DNA of 48,213 nt from an uncultured Rhizobium sp. (lineage in GTDB: Bacteria > Pseudomonadota > Alphaproteobacteria > SHVZ01). Below, piece after piece: positions 17,181 through 25,494 of the stretch (its first letter is position 1; every line of letters starts with the position of its first letter). Both the position numbers and the translations under genes were made by a program. The notes beneath the pieces are model-generated. The model made no database searches and was not told the origin of the DNA. It saw only the letters and a program-made list of their open reading frames with translations. The stretch covers positions 1-48,213 of the forward strand of contig CAZZLX010000002.1 of the NCBI GenBank assembly GCA_964655235.1. Reading direction: 5' to 3'.

Positions 17181-19166
17181 ATGACGATGAGCGATAGAGG
17201 GGACCCGGGAGCTGCTTGGGCGCAGACCGGCGCGCATGCGCTCGCGTCGGGTCGTCTCGCGGATGCCGCGCTGGCGCTGAGACGCTCGGTCGCGCTCGAT
17301 CCTCTCGGCCTCGACAGCCTGAGCAACCTCGCCGCTCATGCGCAGTCCTCGGGGAAGGACGCAGATGCGAGCGGATGGCTCCAGCGTCTGCTGAGCATAT
17401 CGGCGCTCGACGTCGAGGCCTTGGTCGCGCTCGCGTCGGTTCATCCGAGTCCCGGTGGGCGCGCGAGGGTGCTTCGTCGGGCCGTGTCTCTGGCGCCGGC
17501 TGCCGATCAAGGCTGGATCCGCACCGGGGCGGCCTGGCTCGATCGTGACGCCCTCGCCTCGCTGCGTGCGTTCGGGCGCGCCCTTGCTCTCGCCCCTCTT
17601 TCGGCGCCCGCTCTCATCGGAAGCGCCCTTGCTCAGGGCCGGATCGGAGAGAGGCGGGGAAGCCTGAGGGCCTTGCGCCGAGGACTGGCGCTTGCTCCCG
17701 GGCGGGTCGACGGCTGGGACGCGTTCGCGGACCCCGCGATCGTCGCCACGGACGATCGCGAACGTCTGCAGAAGGCGATGCGTGCGGTGACGCTCGACCA
17801 CAATCGCGCAGCTGGATGGCACCGCCTGGGAACCTGTCATTGGGCCATGGGACGTTCTGCGCCCGCCGCGTGCTGCTATCGGCGTGCCCTGGGCCTGGAG
17901 CCCCGGCTGGTCGAAGCCATCGCCAATCTGGGAGCGGCGCTGCGCGAGCTCGGCCAGAACGACCTGGTGCTGATTTGGTTCTCGCGATCCGTCGCGATGG
18001 CGCCCGACAGCGCCGGGGCGATGACGAACCTGGGCACGGCGATGCCGCCGGGAGCGCCGAAGGCCCTTACCTGGCATCGGCGGGCGATCGCGTACGAGCC
18101 CCTGCACCGACACGCGCTCAATAACCTCGGTTCGCAGCATCTCGCGCGGAACGAAGTCGTGGCCGCGAGCCGGTGGTTCGACCGGGCCCTGGTCGCGGGC
18201 TACAGCGACGGCGAAGCACAGTGGAACCGCGGCGTCGCGCGGCTGGTGTCGGGGGATCTCGCTCGTGGCTTCGCCGATTATGAGGAGCGCTGGAAGCTGC
18301 GCGCCTTCATGGCCTGGCATCGCGGTTTCCGTGCACCGCTTTGGCTCGGCGAACCCGGAGCCGGTCGGACCATTCTCGCGCATGCGGAACAAGGTCTCGG
18401 GGACACGATCCAGTGCGTGCGCTACCTCGATGCCCTGGCCGACCGAGGCTTTCGCGTCATCCTCGAATGCCAGCCGCCCTTGGTCAGGCTGATGGGATGT
18501 CTCAAGGGCGTCGCCGCCGTCGTGCCGAAGGGTGGAGAGCTTCCGGCATTCGACACGCACGTGCCGCTGCTGAGCCTACCGCACCGTTTCGGCACCGACC
18601 TGTCGACGATCCCGTCGCATACGCCCTATCTGTCGGCGCCGCCGTCCGGTCGGGGAAGAGGCCTCGCACGAGGTCGCCACGTCGGGCTCGTCTGGGCCGG
18701 CAACCCGGAGCACAAGAACGACCGCAATCGTTCGCTCGACGAGGAAGCCTTCCGGCGCCTGGCGGCCGGCCTTGCCGCGCTCCCCGACGTCACGCTGGTC
18801 CCTCTTCAGGTGGGACCGCGGGCGGCTGACCTTGATCGCCTTCCCCTGCCCGCCGGAAAGGTCGAGAGGATCGAGCCCCTCAGGGACTTCGCCGACACTG
18901 CCGCCGAGATCGAGGCCCTGGATCTGGTGGTCGGCGTGGATACGTCGGTCATGCATCTGGTCGGCGCATTGGCTCGCCCCGGTTGGCTTCTCCTGCCATT
19001 CTCTCCCGACTGGAGGTGGCTCCTGGAACGTAGCGACACGCCCTGGTACCCAAGCCTCCGCCTGTATCGACAGCGCGCGCCCGAGGATTGGATGTCCGTC
19101 ATCTCTTCGCTCCTCGATGATCTGAGAGGTATTGCCGCTCGCAAGATTAGCGACCGGATGGTGTGA
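17181..19166 (+). CDS. TPR-repeat protein fused to a GT9 (heptosyltransferase-like) domain
   Basis: Long N-terminal TPR-like region. Blocks seen: AEQGLGDTIQCVRYLD, VGLVWAGNPEHKNDRNRS, FADTAAEIEALDLVVGVDTSVMHLVGALARPGW, and RWLLERSDTPWYPSLRLYRQ. Confidence 0.8.
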   Translation: MTMSDRGDPGAAWAQTGAHALASGRLADAALALRRSVALDPLGLDSLSNLAAHAQSSGKDADASGWLQRLLSISALDVEALVALASVHPSPGGRARVLRRAVSLAPAADQGWIRTGAAWLDRDALASLRAFGRALALAPLSAPALIGSALAQGRIGERRGSLRALRRGLALAPGRVDGWDAFADPAIVATDDRERLQKAMRAVTLDHNRAAGWHRLGTCHWAMGRSAPAACCYRRALGLEPRLVEAIANLGAALRELGQNDLVLIWFSRSVAMAPDSAGAMTNLGTAMPPGAPKALTWHRRAIAYEPLHRHALNNLGSQHLARNEVVAASRWFDRALVAGYSDGEAQWNRGVARLVSGDLARGFADYEERWKLRAFMAWHRGFRAPLWLGEPGAGRTILAHAEQGLGDTIQCVRYLDALADRGFRVILECQPPLVRLMGCLKGVAAVVPKGGELPAFDTHVPLLSLPHRFGTDLSTIPSHTPYLSAPPSGRGRGLARGRHVGLVWAGNPEHKNDRNRSLDEEAFRRLAAGLAALPDVTLVPLQVGPRAADLDRLPLPAGKVERIEPLRDFADTAAEIEALDLVVGVDTSVMHLVGALARPGWLLLPFSPDWRWLLERSDTPWYPSLRLYRQRAPEDWMSVISSLLDDLRGIAARKISDRMV

Positions 19167-20353
19167 TGAAGCTCGTTATCCTCGATCCGGATCTGACGAC
19201 GTTCAGCGGCCACAACTACAACTACCTTGAAGGCATCGCGCGCGAGGCGCGTGCGCGAGGCATCGACACGCGCATATTTGCCTTTCGGAATGTCGAACCA
19301 GCGGTCTCACAGGCGATTGGCGCGATCGGGCACTTCACTACGCCCGGGCGTGCGGTCCTGAACGATATTCCCGGCGGGCGTGAAATCGGCGCGGCCTGGA
19401 CGCATGTTGCTCTTAACGCGGTCTTCCACCGTGATCTGGTTCCGCTCACCGCGGAGCTAGGGCCCGACACGCTGGTGTTCGTGCCGGCGACGACGTCGCG
19501 TCAGCTGCTCGCACTTGCGCAATGGCTTTCGTTGATCGCAGCTCCGTCGTTGCCGACTCTGGTGTGTCTCTTCCGGTACGACCTCGACGCCTATGCCGGC
19601 GAGGTGCCGCGCCTGCAAGTGCCGGCGTTGGTGCTCTCGACCTTAGCGCGTCCCGCAGTGTTCTGCTGCGAGACGGAGGAGAATGCGCAGGCTCACGGGT
19701 CCGCGCTCGATCTCGACTTCGCGACCCTGCCTCTGCCGTTCGTGGTGCCACAAGCGTCGCACCGCCCGCCCCCTCCTGTCCGCCCGGTCGTCGGATACTT
19801 CGGCGACGCGCGGTACATGAAGGGATTTCAGCATCTGCCTGTCCTGAGCGAGCTCGCGCGTGACGCTGGATATCCGTACCGGCTATCGATCCAGACCTTT
19901 GACACCGGCGAAAGCGCGGAAGCGACGGCGAATGTCGAGAAGGTACGCCGGCTGGCTGAGCCGAACGGTTGCGACCTCTCGCTTATCGAAGGCGCCCTGG
20001 ACCTTCCGTCCTATCATCGGCTTCTCGACGCTGCCGACATCGTGTGTCTGCCCTATCTGGCGTCCGCTTATCGGGTCGCGAGCTCAGCGATCTTCTGCGA
20101 GGCGATGTCCGCGGGTCGGGTGCTCGTGATCCCGGACCGTACGTGGATGAGCGCCGCATTCCGTCGGTTGGGCGGTGATCCCGTAACCTTCGACGACTGG
20201 ACTCCGTCGGCAATCGACGAAGCAATACGAAGGGCGGTCGCCGATCTCCCATCCCGAGCCGCCGAAGCGAGGCGTCTCTCCGCGGCCTGGAATGCAGAAA
20301 ACGGCCCCAAGGCCGTGGTTGATCGCCTCGTCCGCTGGCATCGTCGGGGGTAG
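19163..20353 (+). CDS. Putative GT-B fold glycosyltransferase (GT4-like C-lobe)
   Basis: Start is GTG 19163 or ATG 19166, overlapping the upstream TGA. The C-terminal half resembles the GT4 donor-binding lobe: VVGYFGDARYMKGFQHL, ADIVCLPY, and SSAIFCEAMSAGRVLVIPD. No closer family was recognised. Confidence 0.5.
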   Translation: MMKLVILDPDLTTFSGHNYNYLEGIAREARARGIDTRIFAFRNVEPAVSQAIGAIGHFTTPGRAVLNDIPGGREIGAAWTHVALNAVFHRDLVPLTAELGPDTLVFVPATTSRQLLALAQWLSLIAAPSLPTLVCLFRYDLDAYAGEVPRLQVPALVLSTLARPAVFCCETEENAQAHGSALDLDFATLPLPFVVPQASHRPPPPVRPVVGYFGDARYMKGFQHLPVLSELARDAGYPYRLSIQTFDTGESAEATANVEKVRRLAEPNGCDLSLIEGALDLPSYHRLLDAADIVCLPYLASAYRVASSAIFCEAMSAGRVLVIPDRTWMSAAFRRLGGDPVTFDDWTPSAIDEAIRRAVADLPSRAAEARRLSAAWNAENGPKAVVDRLVRWHRRG

Positions 20354-20358
20354 GCGCC

Positions 20359-22248
20359 GTGTCGGGTGAGCACCTGGCTGGGATAGAGGCTGCCTTGCGG
20401 TCCGGGGAGCTCGCCCGCTCGGTGACGCTTTCGCGTACTTTGCTGGCGATATCGCCGGCGGACGGAGCGGGACTTCAGCTGCATGGCGCTTCGCTTGCGG
20501 GGGGCGGACGCGGAACGGAAGCGCTGGCGGCTATGCGACGGGCGACTTGGGTCGCCCTCGACGGAGGGGCCCTTCTCAATCTCGCGACGCTTCTGGCCGG
20601 TCTCGCGCGCTGGGGCGAGGCGGGGGCGACCGTGCGGCGCAGCCTCGCCGTGTCGCCGCAGTCGGCCCAGGGTTGGGAGCTGCATCGGTTGAGCGGCCAC
20701 CCCGCAAGCCACGTCGATCTTGGCCGGATTTGCGCGCTGACGAGGAGCGTTCCGCACGAACTTCAGCATGCCGCTTGGCGCGTCGATGGCGGCGAAGTCG
20801 CCGCGGCCGCACTGCGCCTGCGTAGCCTTCTCGATGGCCACCCGGAGCTGGTCGACCACGCGAGGCTCCTTCTGAAGTCACTCAAGAGCCTCGCCCACTC
20901 GGCTGGAGCGCCGCCTTCCTCGATCACGGATGATTTCGGACGGGGGCTGGCGCTCACGGCTTCGGGCCGGCTGGAGGACGCTGCGATATCGTTCCATGCC
21001 GACTTTACGAGGAATCCCGGGAGCGTCGGCAGCCGCGCTGCGTATGCGGCGACGATCCACATCCTCACCGACGACCCGCCGCCGTGGCTCGTTGTTCCGA
21101 CGATAGGACCCGTCGGTGTCGAACGCGTCGGCGCGGCCACTCGGCTGACACCCCTCGATCGGTCTCTGAGAAGACGTTTCCTGATGGGGTACAACGCGGG
21201 CGGCGTGCTGCTGCCTGACGCCGACGAGCGGTTCAGCCGGCACAGCAACCAATGGGAAAGCCGCGCGATCGCCCGCCAGCTACTTAAATTGGGCTATACC
21301 GTCGACCTGGTCGGCCTCTTCGACGCCTGGCCCAGTCCTGAGAGTTATGACGGCGTCTTCTGTCTGCACAATGCGTTGAGCCGGCATGCGGAAAGACTGC
21401 GTGCCGACTGCCGAAAGATCATGCTGCTGACCGGCAGCAGCCCCGACTTCCAGAATGCTCAAGAAGCGCTGCGCCGTCGCGAACTCAAGGCGCGTTCCGG
21501 CATTGCCGCACCACCGATGCGGAACTTGGAAGATGTGGCAGGCGAGATGGCGTCGCTGCGCTTGGCGGATGAATGCTGGCTTTTTGGCAACGAGGTGACG
21601 CGCGCGACATACGAGCCATCCCTACGAAAGAAGATCCGGCTTCTATCGCCGTCCGGCGCCAGACTGCGCGAACACGGGGTCGAGGGTGATGTCGCGGAAC
21701 CGCATCGGTGGCTCTGGTTTTCCGGCCATGGCGCTGTCTTGAAGGGTCTCGATCGGACGGTGGAGATCTTTCTCCGGCATCCGGACTGGCGTCTCGAGAT
21801 CGTTGGACCTGCCGCCGAGGAACCCTGGTTCGTCGCTGCCTACGGTGAGAGGATCGCTGGATCACGAAACATCACGATCCATGGGGTGATGTCGCCGGTC
21901 TCCTTCGATTTCGCAAAACTGGCGGCGGCCTGCATCGGCTTCCTTGCGCCTTCCGCGAGTGAGGGACAATCGACATCGGCGATCACTTGCATGCAGGCCG
22001 GGCTCTATCCGGTTCTCTCACGTGAGTGTGGCATCGATCTTCCGCCGCGCTGCGGAGCAATGCTCGCCGCGTGCAGTCTCGAGGAGATCGAGGAGGCAAT
22101 CGAAGCGGTTCTTCGGCTGTCGGACAGCGAGCGACGGCGGCAGATAGAAACGATTTCGACCGACGCCCGGCAGCGCTTCAGTCGAAGTTCCTTCCTGACG
22201 GCCCTGTCGCGATACTTCGGCGCAGCGCCGGACGATACCCCGCGCTAG
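20359..22248 (+). CDS. Putative glycosyltransferase with an N-terminal TPR-like region and a GT4-like C-terminal domain
   Basis: GTG start. The N-terminal 150 aa are helical A/L-rich repeats. The C-terminus has WLWFSGHGAVLKGLDRTVEIF...LEIVG and LAPSASEGQSTSAITCMQAGLYPVLS, resembling the GT4 EX7E region. Confidence 0.5.
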   Translation: MSGEHLAGIEAALRSGELARSVTLSRTLLAISPADGAGLQLHGASLAGGGRGTEALAAMRRATWVALDGGALLNLATLLAGLARWGEAGATVRRSLAVSPQSAQGWELHRLSGHPASHVDLGRICALTRSVPHELQHAAWRVDGGEVAAAALRLRSLLDGHPELVDHARLLLKSLKSLAHSAGAPPSSITDDFGRGLALTASGRLEDAAISFHADFTRNPGSVGSRAAYAATIHILTDDPPPWLVVPTIGPVGVERVGAATRLTPLDRSLRRRFLMGYNAGGVLLPDADERFSRHSNQWESRAIARQLLKLGYTVDLVGLFDAWPSPESYDGVFCLHNALSRHAERLRADCRKIMLLTGSSPDFQNAQEALRRRELKARSGIAAPPMRNLEDVAGEMASLRLADECWLFGNEVTRATYEPSLRKKIRLLSPSGARLREHGVEGDVAEPHRWLWFSGHGAVLKGLDRTVEIFLRHPDWRLEIVGPAAEEPWFVAAYGERIAGSRNITIHGVMSPVSFDFAKLAAACIGFLAPSASEGQSTSAITCMQAGLYPVLSRECGIDLPPRCGAMLAACSLEEIEEAIEAVLRLSDSERRRQIETISTDARQRFSRSSFLTALSRYFGAAPDDTPR

Positions 22249-22787
22249 CTGTCGGGAGAGAAGCGTGCGACCCGTAAGCCGGCGGTCCAGATTCCGTCAA
22301 CCAGGAAGTGCCGGGCGTAGCGGGCCTCGACCGTAAAGCCAGCGGCTTCGAAGGCGCGACCGGACGCGACATTTGCCTCGATATACCCCGCGGTCAGTTT
22401 GTGCAGGCCGAAAGCTGCGAATGCATAGTCGGCTAAGGCACCGATCGCCTCTCGCGCATAGCCTCGGCCCCAGCACGCTCGTTCGCCGATCATGAGACCG
22501 ATCTCGCCGCGACGGTTCGGCCAGTCGATGGGCCCGAGCTTTATGTTGCCGACGTGCTTGCTCGTTTCGCGCTCGAACATGCCGAGGAGCAGGGAGTCGC
22601 GGCTGTCGTTGGCCGAGCGGATGAAGGCGGCGAGCGACCGGGCGTCGTGCTCGCCGTGGCGGGCTTCGAGGTAGCGCAGCACATCCGGATCCCGCATCCA
22701 GGCGAGATATGGTCCGTCCGCCGCCGTCTCGTCGAGCGATCGGAGGGTCAGTCTGGGCGCATCGATCGGGCGGTCGCCGAGAAGCAT
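22245..22787 (-). CDS. GNAT-family N-acetyltransferase (RimJ/RimL-type; candidate PseH/FlmH-like sugar N-acetyltransferase)
   Basis: Blocks seen: LTLRSL...YLAWMRDPDV..YLE, VGNIKLGPIDWPNRRGEIGLMIGE..WGRGYAREA, and GLHKLTAGYIEANVASGRAFEAAGF. I chose ATG 22787, 4 nt after the upstream stop; ATG 22835 is the alternative. The stop shares a CTAG with the convergent gene. Confidence 0.75.
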   Translation of the reverse strand: MLLGDRPIDAPRLTLRSLDETAADGPYLAWMRDPDVLRYLEARHGEHDARSLAAFIRSANDSRDSLLLGMFERETSKHVGNIKLGPIDWPNRRGEIGLMIGERACWGRGYAREAIGALADYAFAAFGLHKLTAGYIEANVASGRAFEAAGFTVEARYARHFLVDGIWTAGLRVARFSPDS

Positions 22788-22791
22788 GGCC

Positions 22792-23565
22792 TCACGCGCT
22801 TTCCAGGCGTCGGACCTGATGCCCGCGGACGCCAAGGAATTGCTTGAGCTTGAAGATGTTGTTGTCGGAGAACACCAGCATGGTGCCGAGCCCGATGGCC
22901 ATGACGTCGGCGGCGAAGGCCTCGTCGAGGTGCTTGAGCGTGCCGGCGCCGCCTTCGAGGACGATCGGGACCCGCGTCAGCTCAGACACTTCAGCATGCA
23001 GGGCGAGGTCCGGGCCGGTGCGTGTCCCTTCGCGATCGACCGCCATCACGCGGACTTCGCCGATGCCACGAGCCGTCGCCTCCTTCACCCAGGACTTCCA
23101 GTCCCGATCTGCGACAGCCGCCTGGCGTCGGTGGTCGTAGAGCCGGTAGGTGCCGGCGTGGTCGCGGATGACGTCGAGTCCGAGCACGACCGCCTGGACG
23201 CCGAGGACGTGGGCGAGTTCGTCGATCAACGCCGGCCGGTCGAGGGCTGCCGCGGTGACCATGACCTTGTCGGCGCCGCCGGCGATGCAGGCCCTCGCCG
23301 TCTCGGTGTCGACGATGCCCCCGCCGAAGGTCAAGGGCACGAACGTGACCGCGGCGACCGCGCGAAGGGTATCGAGATCCGGAGCCCGCCCCTCGCGCGC
23401 CGCATCAATGTCGACCAGCGCCAGCTCGTCGGCGCCCTGGGCGTTATGCGCCCGCGCCGTGCCCACCGGATGCCCGGCGTCGCGATGGCTCGCGTAGCGG
23501 ATGCCCTTCACCAGGCGGCCGCGCCGGAGAAGAAGGCTCGGGATCAGGCGTCGGCGAACGCTCAT
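22792..23565 (-). CDS. HisF-like cyclase subunit (WbuZ-type) of an imidazole-glycerol-phosphate-synthase-like amidotransferase
   Basis: Blocks seen: RLIPSLLLRRGRLVKG, GADELALVDIDA, and VPLTFGGGI...GADKV. It sits between a HisH-like gene and a GNAT, downstream of a WbuX/PseA-type amidotransferase, and is not in a his operon. Confidence 0.85.
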   Translation of the reverse strand: MSVRRRLIPSLLLRRGRLVKGIRYASHRDAGHPVGTARAHNAQGADELALVDIDAAREGRAPDLDTLRAVAAVTFVPLTFGGGIVDTETARACIAGGADKVMVTAAALDRPALIDELAHVLGVQAVVLGLDVIRDHAGTYRLYDHRRQAAVADRDWKSWVKEATARGIGEVRVMAVDREGTRTGPDLALHAEVSELTRVPIVLEGGAGTLKHLDEAFAADVMAIGLGTMLVFSDNNIFKLKQFLGVRGHQVRRLESA

Positions 23566-24188
23566 GGCGTCCAGGCGCCGAAGGCCGCGAGCAGGCGGGC
23601 GCCGTTGACGTGGCTGCGCTCGGGATGGAACTGGGTGGCGACGACGCTGTCGAAGCGGATCGCCGCGACCAGAGGGCGGCCATGGTCGGTCGTGGCGATG
23701 ACGCTGCCTTTGTCCGGCGTCAACAGCGTGTAGGAATGGCAGAAGTAGTAGCTGCGCTCGCCGCGCGGCCGGCCGAGCAGCGCGTCCGCGGACTCGTCCA
23801 CGTCGATCGTGTTCCAGCCCATGTGCGGCGATCGTTCGCCGAAGCCGGCGATGGTTGCGAGCCCGACGACGTCGCCGGCGATCCAGCCGAGGCCTTTGTG
23901 CTCGCCGTACTCGAGCAACCGATCCGCCAGCATCTGCATGCCGAGGCAGATGCCGAGCAATGGGCGGCCGCGCTTGCGCACGGCTTCGTCGAGGGCCTGG
24001 TCGAGGCCGCGGGACCGCAGGCGGCTCAGCGCCTCGGCGGCAGCACCGATCCCGGGCAGCACCAGGCGGTCGGCGGCGAGGACCTGCTCGGGTTCGGTCA
24101 CGACCTCGGGCGAGAACCCGGCGGCGGCCACCGCGTTGCTGACCGAGGCGAGGTTGTTGACGCCGCAGTCGACGATCGAGAGACGCAT
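23562..24188 (-). CDS. HisH-like glutamine amidotransferase subunit (WbuY-type)
   Basis: Blocks seen: LSIVDCGVNNLASV, LVLPGIGAAAEA, catalytic-Cys motif LLGICLGMQML, FCHSY, and QFHPERS. It overlaps HisF-like by 4 nt and the upstream gene by 1 nt (TGATG). Confidence 0.85.
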   Translation of the reverse strand: MRLSIVDCGVNNLASVSNAVAAAGFSPEVVTEPEQVLAADRLVLPGIGAAAEALSRLRSRGLDQALDEAVRKRGRPLLGICLGMQMLADRLLEYGEHKGLGWIAGDVVGLATIAGFGERSPHMGWNTIDVDESADALLGRPRGERSYYFCHSYTLLTPDKGSVIATTDHGRPLVAAIRFDSVVATQFHPERSHVNGARLLAAFGAWTP

Positions 24189-25375
24189 CAGGACTCGGTC
24201 TTAGCCGATCTGCCGGCGCGCGACCACTGCTCGTAGTCCCATGTGCGCCAGTTCTGCGCCGACGCCTTGACCTCGTCGAGGGTCGGCATCTCGTGGGGAT
24301 GGACGACGTGCGGTGCGACGATCTCCATGAAGCGCGGCTCGTCGATGCCGAGGAAGTCGAGGAAAAGATCGAGCGAGGGGGGCCTCCGGCCGTCGTACTT
24401 GGCGACCAGCTCCGCCCCCTTCTCGCGCGACATGCGGCCGTTGCGGATGTCGATCGACGCCAGGTGTGCCGTGCGGCCGAAACCGCGCTTCAGGAACTTG
24501 ATGTAGTCGCGCACGCCCTGCAGGAAGCACTCGATCTTCTCGTAGTCGTAGTCCGGCGGGATGCCCTCGACCTGATCGCCTTTCCAGTCGAGGTCGCGCT
24601 TGATGATGTCGACCTGCTTGCGGACGTCCCAGGGAATGTAGTTGCCGAGGAACATCTGGCGCACGCCTTTCTCCTTGAGGAGTGCCATCGGCGGCATGGC
24701 GTAGGGCTTGAGATCGCGGGCGGTGACCGGATAAGGCGAGATCGTGTCGTCGAGCATGCCCTGCATGTCCTCGGGATTGATCCCGAGATTGATGATGAGG
24801 TTGTAGCGCTCCTCGTCGTGCACCTCGATCTCGTCGTACTTGTAGAACGACGCGTATTCGGCCGAAGGCTCGCCCCAGATGATCAAGGGGATCGACTGCC
24901 AGGTGGAGACCCACATCGGGTAGGAGTAGATTCCCGTGTGGCAGTGCCAGCAGAAGTCGCCACGGCGGCGCAGGGATTCGAACATCAGCTTGCGCACCAC
25001 CTGCCAGTTCGGCGTGAAGTGGAGCACGTCGACGCCCAGCAGGCGGAAGGTCTTCAGGCTGTTCTCGATGACCGTCGGCCTGAGGAAGCCGTGGTCGAAG
25101 CGGACCACGAGCGGCTTCAGCTTCAGCTCCTTGATCACGTACCAGAGCGTATAGGTCGAGTCCTTGCCGCCCGAGAACGGCACGATGCAGTCGTAGTCGC
25201 CCTTGCCGCGCACGGAGTCGGCGATGTGCTGGAGTTCCTGGCCGCGCTCGCTCCAGTCGATGACTGTCTGCTTGACCTCGATCTGTCGGCAGACGGAGCA
25301 GACGCCCTCCTTGCTGAACGACAGGGATTCAGCCGTTTCCGGCATCACGCAACGGCTGCAGGAGTGAAGCGACAC
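24188..25375 (-). CDS. N-acetyl sugar amidotransferase (WbuX/WbpG/PseA family, PP-loop ATPase)
   Basis: Blocks seen: CSRCVMPET...F...GVCSVCRQ, the PP-loop DCIVPFSGGKDSTY, and FCWHCHTGIYSYPMW..IIWGE. These match my recollection of the TIGR03573-type family. Confidence 0.85.
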   Translation of the reverse strand: MSLHSCSRCVMPETAESLSFSKEGVCSVCRQIEVKQTVIDWSERGQELQHIADSVRGKGDYDCIVPFSGGKDSTYTLWYVIKELKLKPLVVRFDHGFLRPTVIENSLKTFRLLGVDVLHFTPNWQVVRKLMFESLRRRGDFCWHCHTGIYSYPMWVSTWQSIPLIIWGEPSAEYASFYKYDEIEVHDEERYNLIINLGINPEDMQGMLDDTISPYPVTARDLKPYAMPPMALLKEKGVRQMFLGNYIPWDVRKQVDIIKRDLDWKGDQVEGIPPDYDYEKIECFLQGVRDYIKFLKRGFGRTAHLASIDIRNGRMSREKGAELVAKYDGRRPPSLDLFLDFLGIDEPRFMEIVAPHVVHPHEMPTLDEVKASAQNWRTWDYEQWSRAGRSAKTES

Positions 25376-25494
25376 AGACTCGATCCTCGTCGTTTAAGGG
25401 GCCTCTCCGGTCATTCGACCGGTGCTGCCTGGCTTGCGTCGGGCGGCGGCAAATGGGCAGCGGCAATGATACATCAAAGCGAACTGGCAGGTAT

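Noticed and set aside
16479-18560. 693-aa ORF antisense to the Sel1 and TPR-GT9 genes
   Set aside because: It has low-complexity R/P/G/A-rich translation and spans two well-supported opposite-strand genes plus their intergenic gap. It is a shadow frame.
22792-24188. HisH/HisF interpreted as histidine biosynthesis genes
   Set aside because: No other his genes are nearby. They are overlapped and coupled with a WbuX/PseA-type amidotransferase and a GNAT, which is the arrangement typical of amino-sugar amidination loci.
25407-25422. Hairpin CCGGTC-ATTC-GACCGG in the gap between the GT41 gene and the amidotransferase gene, considered as a terminator or attenuator
   Set aside because: It has a 6-bp stem with no following T-run on the transcribed strand. 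This is insufficient evidence for a functional terminator.
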